Positions 9,534 through 22,711 of a DNA stretch of 64,000 nucleotides are shown here, piece by piece. This DNA is from Bacillota bacterium. Its GTDB lineage: Bacteria > Bacillota_I > Bacilli_A > RFN20 > CAG-826. How positions within the stretch are numbered: the stretch's first letter is position 1; each line of letters opens with the position of its first letter. Position numbers and translations under genes: made by a program. A model generated the notes under the pieces. It saw nothing but the letters and a program-made list of their open reading frames with translations. It was not told the origin of the DNA and did not search any database. Location of the stretch: the NCBI GenBank assembly GCA_030834445.1, contig JAURFC010000001.1, positions 22,544 to 86,543 of the forward strand, given 5' to 3'.

Positions 9534-10040
9534 ATGTTAGAGAATGTCTTACGATTACAAACCACGAAAAAAAGTCTTGGCATGAACGCCTTTTATTTTG
9601 TATTTTTCCTTAGTATTTATACCCTAGTCGATTCGTTTAATATGTCTTATGCATCCATGGCAGAAACCTATGGCTTATTTCTCCCTATTGTGAATATTGT
9701 CTTGAATATCGTGATGGCCCTTTTATCGATGACGATGATGGGCCTTACGACGGCACAATTTCAACTCACGGGGAAAGAATCCAAAGGATCAAACTTAAGT
9801 TTTGCTTCGGTTTTCTTTGGTATTTTAACGTATGGCTGTACGCCTTGTGTCATTTCCTTTTTTGCCACCTTAGGAATTACTTTTTCTGTGATTGCCCTTC
9901 CCTTTGCGGGTCTCCCGTATAAATTTATTTCCTTAGCCTTGCTTATTATTGGGGTGTTCTGGGTCGTACGGTCAATTAAAACCTCGACGTGTCGCGTGGA
10001 TTTATCGGAGAAAGTGACCATTGAAAAACCCCATTTATAG
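9534..10040 (+). CDS. Hypothetical membrane protein with CxxC motif
   Basis: About 4 TM segments; GCTPC within a hydrophobic region. Confidence 0.7.
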   Translation: MLENVLRLQTTKKSLGMNAFYFVFFLSIYTLVDSFNMSYASMAETYGLFLPIVNIVLNIVMALLSMTMMGLTTAQFQLTGKESKGSNLSFASVFFGILTYGCTPCVISFFATLGITFSVIALPFAGLPYKFISLALLIIGVFWVVRSIKTSTCRVDLSEKVTIEKPHL

Positions 10041-10050
10041 GGGTTTTTTT
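10024..10050 (+). terminator. Rho-independent terminator
   Basis: AAAAACCCC-atttata-GGGGTTTTTTT. Confidence 0.75.
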
Positions 10051-10153
10051 CTTGGCAAATTGCCTTTAAAGAAAGCGCTTTAGTTAAGGAGTATAGGTCT
10101 TACACGGGCGAAACAAAAAAACTTTGCTACAATAAGGATGAAAGGATACTCTC

Positions 10154-10606
10154 ATGGACCAAACAACGTTTGTACTTATTAAACCCGACGCGATGAAATT
10201 AGGCTTAGCCGATATGATTTTAGAACGCTTTCGTCAAGAAGGCTTAACCGTCTTGCGTTCCAAAAAAGTTCGCGTGGAGAAAGAAAAAATCCTTACGCAT
10301 TATGAAGACGTCCTTAAGCGCTTAAATAAAGATTATTTAGCGCAAGCGATTCTCGATGAATTCCTCGATCAAGACGTTCTTATCCTTGTCCTCACTGAAA
10401 CGAATCACGATCCCATCACCCATGTTCGCACGATCATCGGGGCCACCGATCCTGCCAAAGCTGCTCCGACTTCCTTACGGGGTCAATTCGTGCATGATAC
10501 GTTAGAAGCATCCATCGTTGAAAAACGGTGGCTCCGTAATTTAATTCATGCCTCCGATTCGCCTGAAGCAGTCAAAAAAGAAACCGAACTTTGGTTTGGT
10601 CGTTAA
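10154..10606 (+). CDS. ndk: Nucleoside diphosphate kinase
   Basis: TFVLIKPDA, IGATDP..A.PTSLRG, NLIHASDS (catalytic His). Confidence 0.93.
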   Translation: MDQTTFVLIKPDAMKLGLADMILERFRQEGLTVLRSKKVRVEKEKILTHYEDVLKRLNKDYLAQAILDEFLDQDVLILVLTETNHDPITHVRTIIGATDPAKAAPTSLRGQFVHDTLEASIVEKRWLRNLIHASDSPEAVKKETELWFGR

Positions 10607-11112
10607 ACGTTATCTTGCCAAAGCGCTAAACCAACATGATCAAAATCGTGGCTTGCAGCGTAGGGTAAACACGTATAGTCGACATAATAAATTAGCGTAT
10701 CCAACACCATAAAATTTTCGGGGTGATAATCCAACATCACCCCTTTATTTTTGAGATAATCCGCGAGATCTTTCATTTTAGAAAGAAGGAGGGGATTTAA
10801 ACGCTGTTTTTTTAACATCTGAGCAACGGTATCACCGTTTAAATATTGTTTCACAAGCATACGTTGGGATGGTTCGACATGGAGTAATAGCGGCATCATG
10901 ACTCCTAACGCTTTTAACGTTTCATAGCTTTCAACATCCCGTGCCATTGCAGGTGTTTCAGGATGATACGCTTTGACGATAAAAGGTAAATGCAAGTCGT
11001 TATGGACTAAGTATGTGTCGCTACTTTGACCGCGGTGAAGATGACTTTTGACCATCCATGCTTCGTGATGCAAAAGAATAATTGAATTTTGCTTTAAGAT
11101 TGGCGGTATCAT
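10603..11112 (-). CDS. Small atypical kinase (RIO1/Kdo-kinase-like, protein-kinase fold)
   Basis: RGQSSDTYLV (G-loop), IVKAY, LVKQYLNG, LDYHPENF (catalytic loop), YVDY. Start reassigned to ATG 11112 to avoid overlap with bglX. Confidence 0.65.
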   Translation of the reverse strand: MIPPILKQNSIILLHHEAWMVKSHLHRGQSSDTYLVHNDLHLPFIVKAYHPETPAMARDVESYETLKALGVMMPLLLHVEPSQRMLVKQYLNGDTVAQMLKKQRLNPLLLSKMKDLADYLKNKGVMLDYHPENFMVLDTLIYYVDYTCLPYAASHDFDHVGLALWQDNV

Positions 11113-11129
11113 TGATAAAATTATATCAA

Positions 11130-13232
11130 ATGAACGTTTCATCTCAGGTTCGCAGCTTACTAAAAGCGATGACATTAGAAGAAAAAGTGGGGCAACTTCA
11201 CCAAGTCCCACCGTTTTTTTTCTCCGATTCTCTTTTGAATGAAGTAGCTGGACCGTTACGGAAATATAAAATTACCGAAGCCCAACTTTATCGGGTTGGT
11301 TCAATTTTAGGGACCGCAGGTCCTGAAGAAATGCGTCAGCTACAAACGATGTATTTAGAAAAAAGTCGACTCAAAATCCCACTTTTATTTATGGCGGATA
11401 TCATTCACGGCTATAAAACGATTTTCCCGATTCCCTTAGCGATTGCGGCAACGATGGATGTGGAACGCAGTCGCCTCGCTGCAAAGATTGCGGCGAAAGA
11501 AGCGGCCACCTCGGGTATCCATGTCACCTTTTCTCCCATGGCAGATTTAGCCCGCGATGCCCGTTGGGGACGCGTCATGGAAAGTTCAGGAGAAGATCCG
11601 TTTTTAAATTATCAAATGACATATGCGGCCGTCAAAGGCTATCAAGGTGAATCGCTCAACGACCCTTCCACCCTGGCTGCCTGTGGAAAACATGTAGTTG
11701 CCTATGGGGCCGCCGTGGCAGGAAAAGACTATACCCAAGCAGAAATTTCTAAACATTCACTTTATCAATATTACTTAGAAGGATATCGTGCGTGTGTGGA
11801 TGCTGAAGCAGAACTTCTTATGTCTTCCTTTAATGTGGTGGAAGGAGTCCCCTCCACGGTTTCACCCTTTGTCTTAAAAACACTCATCCGTCAACATTTG
11901 GGCTTTAAAGGCGTGATTATTTCCGATTATGATTCCCTTAATGAAGCGCATTTTCATCATGTTACCCATACGGGTGAAGAAACGGCCCTCAAAGGCATGC
12001 AAGCGACCTTAGATATTGAAATGTCCAGTGGCATTTATCAAAATCACATCATCCCCCTTATCCAAAAAGGCCAACTAAGTGAACGCTTACTCGATCAAGC
12101 CGTGCTCCGTGTTTTACAGCTCAAAGAAAAAATTGGTTTACTCGATGATCCGTTCCGAGGTCTTAATCCGGCCTTAGAAGCAACGCTACCTCTCTCGGAA
12201 GCTCATTATCAAACCGCGTATGATGTGGCTAAAGCGTCACCCATTTTATTACAAAACGAAGGCATGCTTCCTTTAAACAAAGAAGACGATGTCGTCTTTG
12301 TTGGGTCTTTACTAGACGAACAAAATTTATTAGGTGCCTGGGCATGGCATGGGGAGGCAGAACGAACCGCATCCCTTGCAATGGTGCTTCGTCAACGTTA
12401 TTCCCACGATCTCATTCCTTTCGATACGTTAAATGAAACACACGTTGCCCGCATTCAAAACGCGAAAAAAGTCGTCGTTGTCGTCGGTGAAAGGTCGAAA
12501 GAATTTGGAGAAGCCCGCAGTAAGGTTTCGCCCACCCTGTCTGCAGAACATCTCCAGCTTTGGCATCAGGTGATTGCCATAAATCCCTCGGTAATTACTC
12601 TTGTGCTTGCAGGGCGACCGCTTGTATTACCATCCAAAATCGAAACGTCGAAAGCGTTGTTATACAGTTTTTATTTAGGGTCCGCGATGGCCGATGTTCT
12701 CGTGGATACCCTTTTTGGTCAACTCAATCCTTCTGGAACCCTACCTATGACCTTAGCCCGTGAGGTGGGTCAACTTCCCCTTCATACGTTATCTTTACCG
12801 ACCGGACGTCCTTTTGAAGGTAAAACTTACACGTATACGTCTCATTACATTGAAGGAATTAATTCCCCTTTATATCCACTTGGCTATGGCTTAAGTTACA
12901 CGTCGTTTTCATTATTAAAAGCCAAAAAGATGCATGAAAATGATACCGCGATCCTTTTAGAAGTCACTGTTAAAAATATCGGTAATATCCCAGGAGAACA
13001 TCCTGTTTTTGCATATCTTCATACCCCACCGGTGCCGGTTGCACTTCCGGAAAAAACCTTAGTCGGTGTCTCCCGAATTGCTTTAGATGCTGGGGCTACG
13101 CAAACCTTTAGTGTGACCTTACCCAAACATCATTTCTATTATTACGATACGCAATACCGTCGCCAATCTTTTCTCGGCCCCTTTACGGTCACCGTTTCCC
13201 TCATGGGTGAAACGTTGGACGTGTCATGTTAA
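11130..13232 (+). CDS. bglX: GH3 beta-glucosidase (BglX-like), no signal peptide
   Basis: MTLEEKVGQL, DIIHG, RDARWGRVMESSGEDP, KH, IISDY nucleophile, PLYPLGYGLSYT. Confidence 0.9.
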   Translation: MNVSSQVRSLLKAMTLEEKVGQLHQVPPFFFSDSLLNEVAGPLRKYKITEAQLYRVGSILGTAGPEEMRQLQTMYLEKSRLKIPLLFMADIIHGYKTIFPIPLAIAATMDVERSRLAAKIAAKEAATSGIHVTFSPMADLARDARWGRVMESSGEDPFLNYQMTYAAVKGYQGESLNDPSTLAACGKHVVAYGAAVAGKDYTQAEISKHSLYQYYLEGYRACVDAEAELLMSSFNVVEGVPSTVSPFVLKTLIRQHLGFKGVIISDYDSLNEAHFHHVTHTGEETALKGMQATLDIEMSSGIYQNHIIPLIQKGQLSERLLDQAVLRVLQLKEKIGLLDDPFRGLNPALEATLPLSEAHYQTAYDVAKASPILLQNEGMLPLNKEDDVVFVGSLLDEQNLLGAWAWHGEAERTASLAMVLRQRYSHDLIPFDTLNETHVARIQNAKKVVVVVGERSKEFGEARSKVSPTLSAEHLQLWHQVIAINPSVITLVLAGRPLVLPSKIETSKALLYSFYLGSAMADVLVDTLFGQLNPSGTLPMTLAREVGQLPLHTLSLPTGRPFEGKTYTYTSHYIEGINSPLYPLGYGLSYTSFSLLKAKKMHENDTAILLEVTVKNIGNIPGEHPVFAYLHTPPVPVALPEKTLVGVSRIALDAGATQTFSVTLPKHHFYYYDTQYRRQSFLGPFTVTVSLMGETLDVSC

Positions 13233-14863
13233 CCTTCCGCCATCGTGGGGGAATGGCAATTGTATTCCTAAGTCTTCTACTTTCAGCGTGCGACGGGATT
13301 TTAACGTCCCTTTCTTCCTCCTCTGAAACTGATGTCTCCAGTACGCCTTCTGTTGAAAATTCCGTGAATTCTTCCTCAATCACACCGTCTTCGGTTCCTT
13401 TAACCTCCACCGATGTTGATTTCTTTTTTTCCCAAATCGAACTTCCCCCTTACCTGACCGAAGATACACCTCTACCAATTGTGGAAGGGTTAGAAGACGT
13501 ATTTTCCTGGGAATCACCCGATCTACTCATTGAAAACAACATTTTACGATATGCCAATCCCATCTATGATGAAACCAAAACATTATTTGTCACCTTAACG
13601 TATGAAGGACGAACTTATCAGCGCGCGTTTCCGATTGTAATGAAATCCCAACTCCTTCCTCCTGCGCTTTCCCAAAAAGCATCCTTGAATATCCAGTTAG
13701 CCAACGCACTTTCAGAAGTTGATATTGCGTATGAATATACCCTCGATGCATCCATGGCAATTACTTATGATACGAATGGGGCGATGGAATCCATAGACAT
13801 TCCTTCCCCGTTAACGATTCGTACACGAGGTCATTCCACACGTTTTATGCCGAAACGGTCCTATCGTATTCGCTTTGATGAAAATACGTCATTACTTGGC
13901 ATGAAATCCGCCAAAAACTATATTTTACTCGCGAACTATATTGATCATTCCCAAGTTCGTAATGCTTTAATGCATTTTATGTCGCAGTTTTATGATTCAC
14001 TTTATCCGATTGACTACCGCTTTGTGGATATATCCTTTAATGGGGTTTACCAAGGGAATTATTTACTCACCGAACGCGTGGAATTTCATAAAAATCGACT
14101 TGATATTCCGTTTGTACCTGCTGCCACCAATAGCGATAGTGGCTTTTTAGTCGAACTTGATTATCCCGGCGTCGAATTTAACGGGGAAGGCACAGAAGGT
14201 GTCGATATGTTCCGTCTCGAAGGTCGCCCGTATCAAATGAAAGAACCGAATCTTGATACCCCGGGCTTTGAACCTCGCCACTTTAACTATTTAAAATCAA
14301 CAATGGAAAATGTGACGGCCCGCTTGAAAAACCGTCAGGATGTCAGTGCCTTGATTGACATCGATAATTGGATTGATTATTTCTTATTGCAAGAAATTAG
14401 TAAAAACGTGGATGTCGGTTGGGGGTCGGTTTACATCTATAAAGCACCTGGCGAACCCTTACGCCACGGCCCGTTATGGGACTTTGATATTTCCATGGGT
14501 TTAGGCAATTATTTTGATTCGGATGCATCCGGTCATTGGGGTTGGAATGATTATTTCAAAAATGATTTCTTCACATGGATGATGCAGCAACCTACGATTT
14601 ATGCGCGTTTCCGTCAACGTTTAGCGGATTTTGAAATCCGCGTTCTTCCCCATGCGATCGCTTTTTTGACCGAACATACCGCTACGTTTTCTTCCATCTT
14701 TCAAAACAATATCGAGAAATGGCCGCTTAACGTGTGCGAAGGCGGATTTTGTCCGATGGTGGAACCGTTATTACAGGTTTCTTCCTACGCCAATCATTTA
14801 GAATTTATTGAAGATTTTCTCATCGACCGTGTTGCATGGATGAAAGCCAATATACCTTCTTAA
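13226..14863 (+). CDS. CotH-kinase family lipoprotein
   Basis: Lipobox LSAC plus Ser-rich linker; RGHST..MPKRSY, ILLANYIDHS..RN, YQGNYLLTE, NVD, GPLWDFD. Confidence 0.85.
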   Translation: MLTFRHRGGMAIVFLSLLLSACDGILTSLSSSSETDVSSTPSVENSVNSSSITPSSVPLTSTDVDFFFSQIELPPYLTEDTPLPIVEGLEDVFSWESPDLLIENNILRYANPIYDETKTLFVTLTYEGRTYQRAFPIVMKSQLLPPALSQKASLNIQLANALSEVDIAYEYTLDASMAITYDTNGAMESIDIPSPLTIRTRGHSTRFMPKRSYRIRFDENTSLLGMKSAKNYILLANYIDHSQVRNALMHFMSQFYDSLYPIDYRFVDISFNGVYQGNYLLTERVEFHKNRLDIPFVPAATNSDSGFLVELDYPGVEFNGEGTEGVDMFRLEGRPYQMKEPNLDTPGFEPRHFNYLKSTMENVTARLKNRQDVSALIDIDNWIDYFLLQEISKNVDVGWGSVYIYKAPGEPLRHGPLWDFDISMGLGNYFDSDASGHWGWNDYFKNDFFTWMMQQPTIYARFRQRLADFEIRVLPHAIAFLTEHTATFSSIFQNNIEKWPLNVCEGGFCPMVEPLLQVSSYANHLEFIEDFLIDRVAWMKANIPS

Positions 14864-14938
14864 GCAGAAGTGTGCTATAGTCTATGAGTTATTGTTCGTT
14901 TAGGGAGGCGTTGTTTTTCCTGAACATTAAGGAGAACT

Positions 14939-16372
14939 ATGCCGACATTTACTGACTTAGGATTATCATCCTCCCTTTTAAAGGCGATTGAAAAACAAGG
15001 ATATACGGAACCCACGGATATTCAATCGCAAGCTATCCCCCTACTTCTTTCGAACAAAGATGTGTTAGGATCTGCGCAAACGGGGACGGGAAAAACCGCT
15101 GCCTTTGCCTTACCGATTATTCACCATCTTGAAGGACCCCGTGATCCAAAAATCAAACGTGTCGTTCAAGCACTCATTTTAGCACCGACCCGCGAACTTG
15201 CGATTCAAATACAAGAGAATTTCTTTCAATACAGTCGCTTTTCGAATTTACGCATTGGTTGTTTTTATGGTGGGGTGAGTAAAGTCCCGCAAATGAAAAC
15301 ACTCTACCACGGTGTGGATATTGTCATTGGAACCCCCGGACGTATTCTTGATTTAATCCAATCGAAAGCCTTTCATCTTAAAGACATTCATCATGTCGTA
15401 CTCGATGAAGCTGATCAAATGCTTGATATGGGTTTTTTACCCGATGTCAAAATGATACTCAAAGACATTCCTCAACCGCATCAAACGTCGTTATTTTCTG
15501 CGACGATGCCTGATGCGATTCGTCATCTTGCCCATCAAATTTTAGTCAATCCCGAACGCATTTCCATTACGCCGGTGGAAGAACCGGTGGACCGGATACA
15601 ACACGACACCATTGCGATCGAAAAAAATCAAAAATTATCGTACCTCCTCTATCGCCTTAAAGACGACTCGATTGTGTCCGCGCTTGTTTTTACACGGACT
15701 AAGCGAGGCGCCAAACGCACCGCATTGAATTTAAAAGCCCAAGGGATTCCAACGGTCGAACTTCACGGCAATCAATCCCAACCTAAACGAACGGAAGCGA
15801 TGAAATCGTTCAAAGATAAAAAAGTACGCGTGCTTGTTGCCACCGATATCGCATCCCGAGGGATTGATATTCATCAACTTTCCCACGTCATCAATTTTGA
15901 TATGCCCGAAACCCCAGAAGCGTTTTTACACCGAATTGGGCGAACCGCCCGTGCAGGCTTTTCCGGGTCGGTCATTCACATGGTATCCCGCGAAGAAATG
16001 TATTTACTCAAAGCAATTAATCGTCATACCGGTTTAACGTTATCCCCGCAACGGGATAAAGCGTTTGTGTTTGATGCAACGCTCGTGATTAAACGCGATG
16101 ATGAGGAAGAAGAGGATTCCTCTGGTTATCAACGTCACCGACGTCCCAAAGGCTATCAATCCTCGTCGTCCTCAACACATTCTTCCCGTCCAGCCTTCCA
16201 AGGTGAGCCTTCTTCGCGTCCTTCGTGGGGAGAAAAACCGCGATATCCTCGTTCTGAAAAGCGTTCTTTTGATCGTCGCAAGGCAAATCCTTCCAATCCG
16301 AATGCATCGACAACAGAACAAAAAAAGCGTCCCTTCAGACGCTTTCAAAGTCGTGGTACTAAACCGAACTAG
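14939..16372 (+). CDS. DEAD-box RNA helicase
   Basis: Q motif, AQTGTGKT, PTRELA, DEAD, SAT, HRIGRTAR; basic C-terminal tail. Confidence 0.95.
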   Translation: MPTFTDLGLSSSLLKAIEKQGYTEPTDIQSQAIPLLLSNKDVLGSAQTGTGKTAAFALPIIHHLEGPRDPKIKRVVQALILAPTRELAIQIQENFFQYSRFSNLRIGCFYGGVSKVPQMKTLYHGVDIVIGTPGRILDLIQSKAFHLKDIHHVVLDEADQMLDMGFLPDVKMILKDIPQPHQTSLFSATMPDAIRHLAHQILVNPERISITPVEEPVDRIQHDTIAIEKNQKLSYLLYRLKDDSIVSALVFTRTKRGAKRTALNLKAQGIPTVELHGNQSQPKRTEAMKSFKDKKVRVLVATDIASRGIDIHQLSHVINFDMPETPEAFLHRIGRTARAGFSGSVIHMVSREEMYLLKAINRHTGLTLSPQRDKAFVFDATLVIKRDDEEEEDSSGYQRHRRPKGYQSSSSSTHSSRPAFQGEPSSRPSWGEKPRYPRSEKRSFDRRKANPSNPNASTTEQKKRPFRRFQSRGTKPN

Positions 16373-16776
16373 ATTTCGGTATATTTTTCTTTAATCGAAA
16401 TGCGATTCAAGGCTCGTGTAATCGCTGCTTTTGCCCGCATTTCATCGACTTTTTCTGTCTTTTCTTTGAGGCGTTCTTCGGCGCGTTTAAGCGATTCTTT
16501 CGCCCGGTTCAAATCAATTTGATTGGCTCGTTCAATCGTATCAAGAAGTAATAATACTTTTTCACGTTGTACGGAAAGAACTCCGCCAGAGGTGGCAAAA
16601 TAAGTTATCTTTTTACCTTCTTGAATGTGAAGTTCACTTGTTTTAACCACCGATAATAACGGTGTATGTTTGGCGAGAATCCCCATTTGCCCTGCACTCG
16701 TCATCACGTTTAAAAGATCGACGTTACCTTCGAATACTTTTTGTTTGGGCGTAATAATGAGGAGGTGAAAATTCAT
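16369..16776 (-). CDS. atpC: ATP synthase F1 epsilon subunit
   Basis: IITP, GQMGILAKHTP, IDLNRA..RAEERL; operon position. Confidence 0.93.
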   Translation of the reverse strand: MNFHLLIITPKQKVFEGNVDLLNVMTSAGQMGILAKHTPLLSVVKTSELHIQEGKKITYFATSGGVLSVQREKVLLLLDTIERANQIDLNRAKESLKRAEERLKEKTEKVDEMRAKAAITRALNRISIKEKYTEI

Positions 16777-16777
16777 G

Positions 16778-19050
<2,273 letters not shown>

Positions 19051-19053
19051 TGT

Positions 19054-20565
19054 TTATTTTCCTGTACGGGCTTTGAAGAAGCTTTCGGCCGCGGATTTAA
19101 GCGCGGTTAAACTTTCGTCGGAGAATTTTTTCTTGGTTTTGAGTTCATCGAGCACTTTCGGAAGTTTTTGATGGACATGTTCCGTCCAACTGGCCAGTAA
19201 TCCTTTAAGTTCAGTAGCCTCGACCTCTTCGACAAAGCGATTCTGGACGGCGAATAAATATAAAATTTGGGTTTCGACCGGTAAGGGCGCGTATTGTTGT
19301 TGTTTTAAAACATTCATGAGCACCGAACCGTGGGTTAAGATACGCTTAGTTGACGTATCTAAATCCGAACCAAATTGAGCAAACGATTGGAGTTCACGGT
19401 AGTTGGCTAATTCAATTTTTAAGGAACGAACGACTTGTTTCATCGCGCCAATTTGGGCAGCACCCCCGACACGGGAGACCGATTGACCCGAATCAATCGC
19501 AGGACGTTGACCAGCATTAAAGAAATCGGTCATTAAGAAAATTTGCCCATCGGTAATGGAAATGACATTCGTAGGAATATAAGCAGAGTTATCGCCCGCT
19601 TGCGTTTCAATGATCGGTAAGGCCGTTAAAGAACCACCGCCATGTGCTTTATCAAGTTTACAGGCACGTTCGAGTAATCGGGAATGGAGATAGAAGATGT
19701 CCCCAGGATACGCTTCGCGACCCGGTGGACGACGTAAAAGCAGCGATAACGTACGATACGCGACTGCGTGTTTGGATAAATCATCATAAACAATGAGCAC
19801 ATCTTTGCCTGATTCTAACCATTCTTCGCCAATGGCGGTGCCACTGTAAGGTGCAAGCCATTGTAAGGTACCGATTTCAGAGGCGGAAGCCGAGACCACC
19901 GTGGTGTAGGCCATCGCGCCTTCGGTTTTTAAACGATCGACAATATTCGCGACCGTGGAATTTTTTTGACCAATCGCAACATAAATGCATAAAACACCGG
20001 AATCTTTTTGATTGAGAATCGTATCAATCGCAATCGCGGTTTTTCCCGTTTGACGGTCGCCAATAAGAAGTTCGCGTTGACCGCGACCAATCGGAATCAT
20101 CGCATCAATGGCCATAATCCCTGTTTGTAACGGGACATTAACAGGTTCCCGTGTCATGACCCCTGGGGCAATGCGTTCTACGGGACGAAAACGTTTCGTG
20201 GCAATCGGACCGAGTTCATCGATGGGTTGACCTAAGGCGTTGACGACGCGTCCTAGGAGGGCATCCCCAACAGGAACTTCAATGGTTTTTTTGGTTCGTT
20301 TGACTAAATCGCCTTCTTTGATGGCTTGAGTGGTAGATAATAAGGCAACCCCAACATGTTCCTCTTCAAGGTTAAGAACAAGACCATACAAATCATTGGG
20401 GAAGACGACGAGTTCATTCATCATCGCATCGGCTAACCCATAAACGAGGGCAATCCCATCCCCGACGGAGATGACTTTCCCTGTATCGGCTTCCGATAAC
20501 GGTTGATCAAAGTGTTTGATTTGCTCTTTGATAAGGGCAGAAATTTCATTGGGATTCAGTTTCAT
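19054..20565 (-). CDS. atpA: ATP synthase F1 alpha subunit
   Basis: [26 protein letters not shown]. Confidence 0.97.
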   Translation of the reverse strand: MKLNPNEISALIKEQIKHFDQPLSEADTGKVISVGDGIALVYGLADAMMNELVVFPNDLYGLVLNLEEEHVGVALLSTTQAIKEGDLVKRTKKTIEVPVGDALLGRVVNALGQPIDELGPIATKRFRPVERIAPGVMTREPVNVPLQTGIMAIDAMIPIGRGQRELLIGDRQTGKTAIAIDTILNQKDSGVLCIYVAIGQKNSTVANIVDRLKTEGAMAYTTVVSASASEIGTLQWLAPYSGTAIGEEWLESGKDVLIVYDDLSKHAVAYRTLSLLLRRPPGREAYPGDIFYLHSRLLERACKLDKAHGGGSLTALPIIETQAGDNSAYIPTNVISITDGQIFLMTDFFNAGQRPAIDSGQSVSRVGGAAQIGAMKQVVRSLKIELANYRELQSFAQFGSDLDTSTKRILTHGSVLMNVLKQQQYAPLPVETQILYLFAVQNRFVEEVEATELKGLLASWTEHVHQKLPKVLDELKTKKKFSDESLTALKSAAESFFKARTGK

Positions 20566-21104
20566 TGAGAACCTCGTTTCTTAAGATGGCTCTTTAAGCC
20601 TTCTAATTTTCCTAATAGACTGGCGTCATACACTTTGCCATCAATATCGACTCGGAATCCCCCAATTAAGGACGGTTGATGTTTCATTATTAAAGATAAG
20701 GAAACGTGAAGTTGATCGGAAAGTGCTTTTTCAATCGCTTGTTTTTCCGTATCGGTCATGATGGTCGCCGTATACAACGTGCCAGAACGCATGCCTAACG
20801 CGTATTCGGTCAATCGAATCGCTTCTAGCAATATAGCAGGGACATAACGCAGCCGGTGATTACGGAGCAATAAGCGAAAAAAACCTAAGAAGACGGCGTC
20901 TTCCTTTGCAGTAAAAACTGCATCCAGTAATGCCATTTTTTGTGGAACAGTATAAAACGGATTTTTTAATAAACTGAGAAAGTTGGCATCCGTTTGGATG
21001 AGCCCTTCAATATCCATCAAGCGAGAAAGAAAGGATGTCATATCCTTGGATTCTTCCGCGAGTTTATAAAGTGCTAACGCGTAACGGGATGCAATCGATT
21101 CCAT
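20562..21104 (-). CDS. atpH: ATP synthase delta subunit
   Basis: [20 protein letters not shown]. Confidence 0.92.
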   Translation of the reverse strand: MESIASRYALALYKLAEESKDMTSFLSRLMDIEGLIQTDANFLSLLKNPFYTVPQKMALLDAVFTAKEDAVFLGFFRLLLRNHRLRYVPAILLEAIRLTEYALGMRSGTLYTATIMTDTEKQAIEKALSDQLHVSLSLIMKHQPSLIGGFRVDIDGKVYDASLLGKLEGLKSHLKKRGSQ

Positions 21105-21638
21105 TTATTGTCGTAAATCCTTTAAGAAATCTTTCAGTATTTTCTCGTGATCTTTTTGGGTGAGTTCACGGGCTAAAACTTTTTCGGATGCCGCCATGGC
21201 CACATCAATCATTTCAGTTTCTAACGATGCTTGAGCTTGCTTCTTTGCAAGTTCAATTTCCTCAAACGTTTTTTGCTTGAGGGCGAGCGCTTGCGCTTGG
21301 GCTTCTTCGAGTAAACGCGCTTTTTGAGCCTCAATTTCTTGTTGGGCTGCTTGACGAAGTGAGGTTAAATCTTTTTTCGTCTTTTGTTGCAGGGCGGTCA
21401 ATTCATCTAATTTCGCTTGGGCCGCTTGTTCGCGTTCCACCGCGTTATTGACTTGACCTTCCACAAAGGCGGCGCGTTTATCCAAGATGCCTTTCACCGG
21501 TTTGTAGAGGAACTTATAAACGATCACGAGCATGACCAATGTCGAAAGAAGTTGAACCACAAATGGCCAGATGCCATTGGGAATCAACTTATCGGTAATG
21601 CTTTGGGGATCGATGAGTCCTTCGGTAAAAATAAGCAT
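21105..21638 (-). CDS. atpF: ATP synthase F0 b subunit
   Basis: N-terminal TM, KFLYKPV..ILDKR, long coiled coil. Confidence 0.92.
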   Translation of the reverse strand: MLIFTEGLIDPQSITDKLIPNGIWPFVVQLLSTLVMLVIVYKFLYKPVKGILDKRAAFVEGQVNNAVEREQAAQAKLDELTALQQKTKKDLTSLRQAAQQEIEAQKARLLEEAQAQALALKQKTFEEIELAKKQAQASLETEMIDVAMAASEKVLARELTQKDHEKILKDFLKDLRQ

Positions 21639-21644
21639 AAATCC

Positions 21645-21962
<318 letters not shown>

Positions 21963-21976
21963 TTACTTTATCTTTA

Positions 21977-22711
21977 TCATGCCGTAGCATGTTTTTCATC
22001 CTTTTCAGATGATGGTGAAGGCCCTTCTTGAGCGATCAACAACATCGATAAGGAAATGAAAACAAGGGTTTGGATGAATGCACTAAACAAATCAAAGTAT
22101 AAGTGCAACCATGGGGCGACAAGCGGCGCGAGTAAAATCGAATTAAGGCCTTCGGGTAAGAAACTAAAAATGGCGCTCGACATATAGCCTAAAAAACCAT
22201 AGGCTAACGTCATTAAAATCACACCCGCGAGCATATTACCAAAAATACGGAAACTCATGGAGATGAGGGGGGCCCACACCGAGAAAATATTAATCGGTAA
22301 GAAAACCACAAATGGTTCTACAAAGCGTTTAAAGTATTTCCACCCGTTCGTTTTTAACGCGGTGAAGTGAATGAGAACGAAGGCGGATAAAACAATCGTA
22401 AACGTATTCATGTAATAACTAATCGGGGAGGGTAAACCGGTCAACCCGAAAATAAACCCAATAAAGACGTAAAGCATCAAGGATAAAAAGTAAGCTTCAA
22501 GATGCCGGAAATGTTTGCCCATATTTCGGGCCACAAGCGATTGAATCGTGGATACGACCCATTCGGCAATGAGCATTATTCCTTTCGGTTTAGCCAGTGG
22601 ATCGACCGTTTTCGCTTTAAAATAGACGAAGAATGAAAATATGGCGATCAAGGCAATCACCATGATCGAGGTATACGTTTCACCGGGTAAGGACATTAAA
22701 AACTCATTCAT
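21977..22711 (-). CDS. atpB: ATP synthase F0 a subunit
   Basis: SMSFRIFGN (essential Arg), FDLFSAFIQTLVF. Confidence 0.93.
   Translation of the reverse strand: MNEFLMSLPGETYTSIMVIALIAIFSFFVYFKAKTVDPLAKPKGIMLIAEWVVSTIQSLVARNMGKHFRHLEAYFLSLMLYVFIGFIFGLTGLPSPISYYMNTFTIVLSAFVLIHFTALKTNGWKYFKRFVEPFVVFLPINIFSVWAPLISMSFRIFGNMLAGVILMTLAYGFLGYMSSAIFSFLPEGLNSILLAPLVAPWLHLYFDLFSAFIQTLVFISLSMLLIAQEGPSPSSEKDEKHATA

Noticed and set aside
10066..10095. cre-like GAAAGCGCTTT and a stray AAGGAG upstream of ndk
   Set aside because: Lacks the TG..CA ends of an operator and no start codon follows the SD-like motif.
11113..11211. N-terminal extension of the kinase ORF containing a lipobox-like LVSC
   Set aside because: Lies antisense within bglX; ATG 11112 with its own -10 box is more parsimonious.
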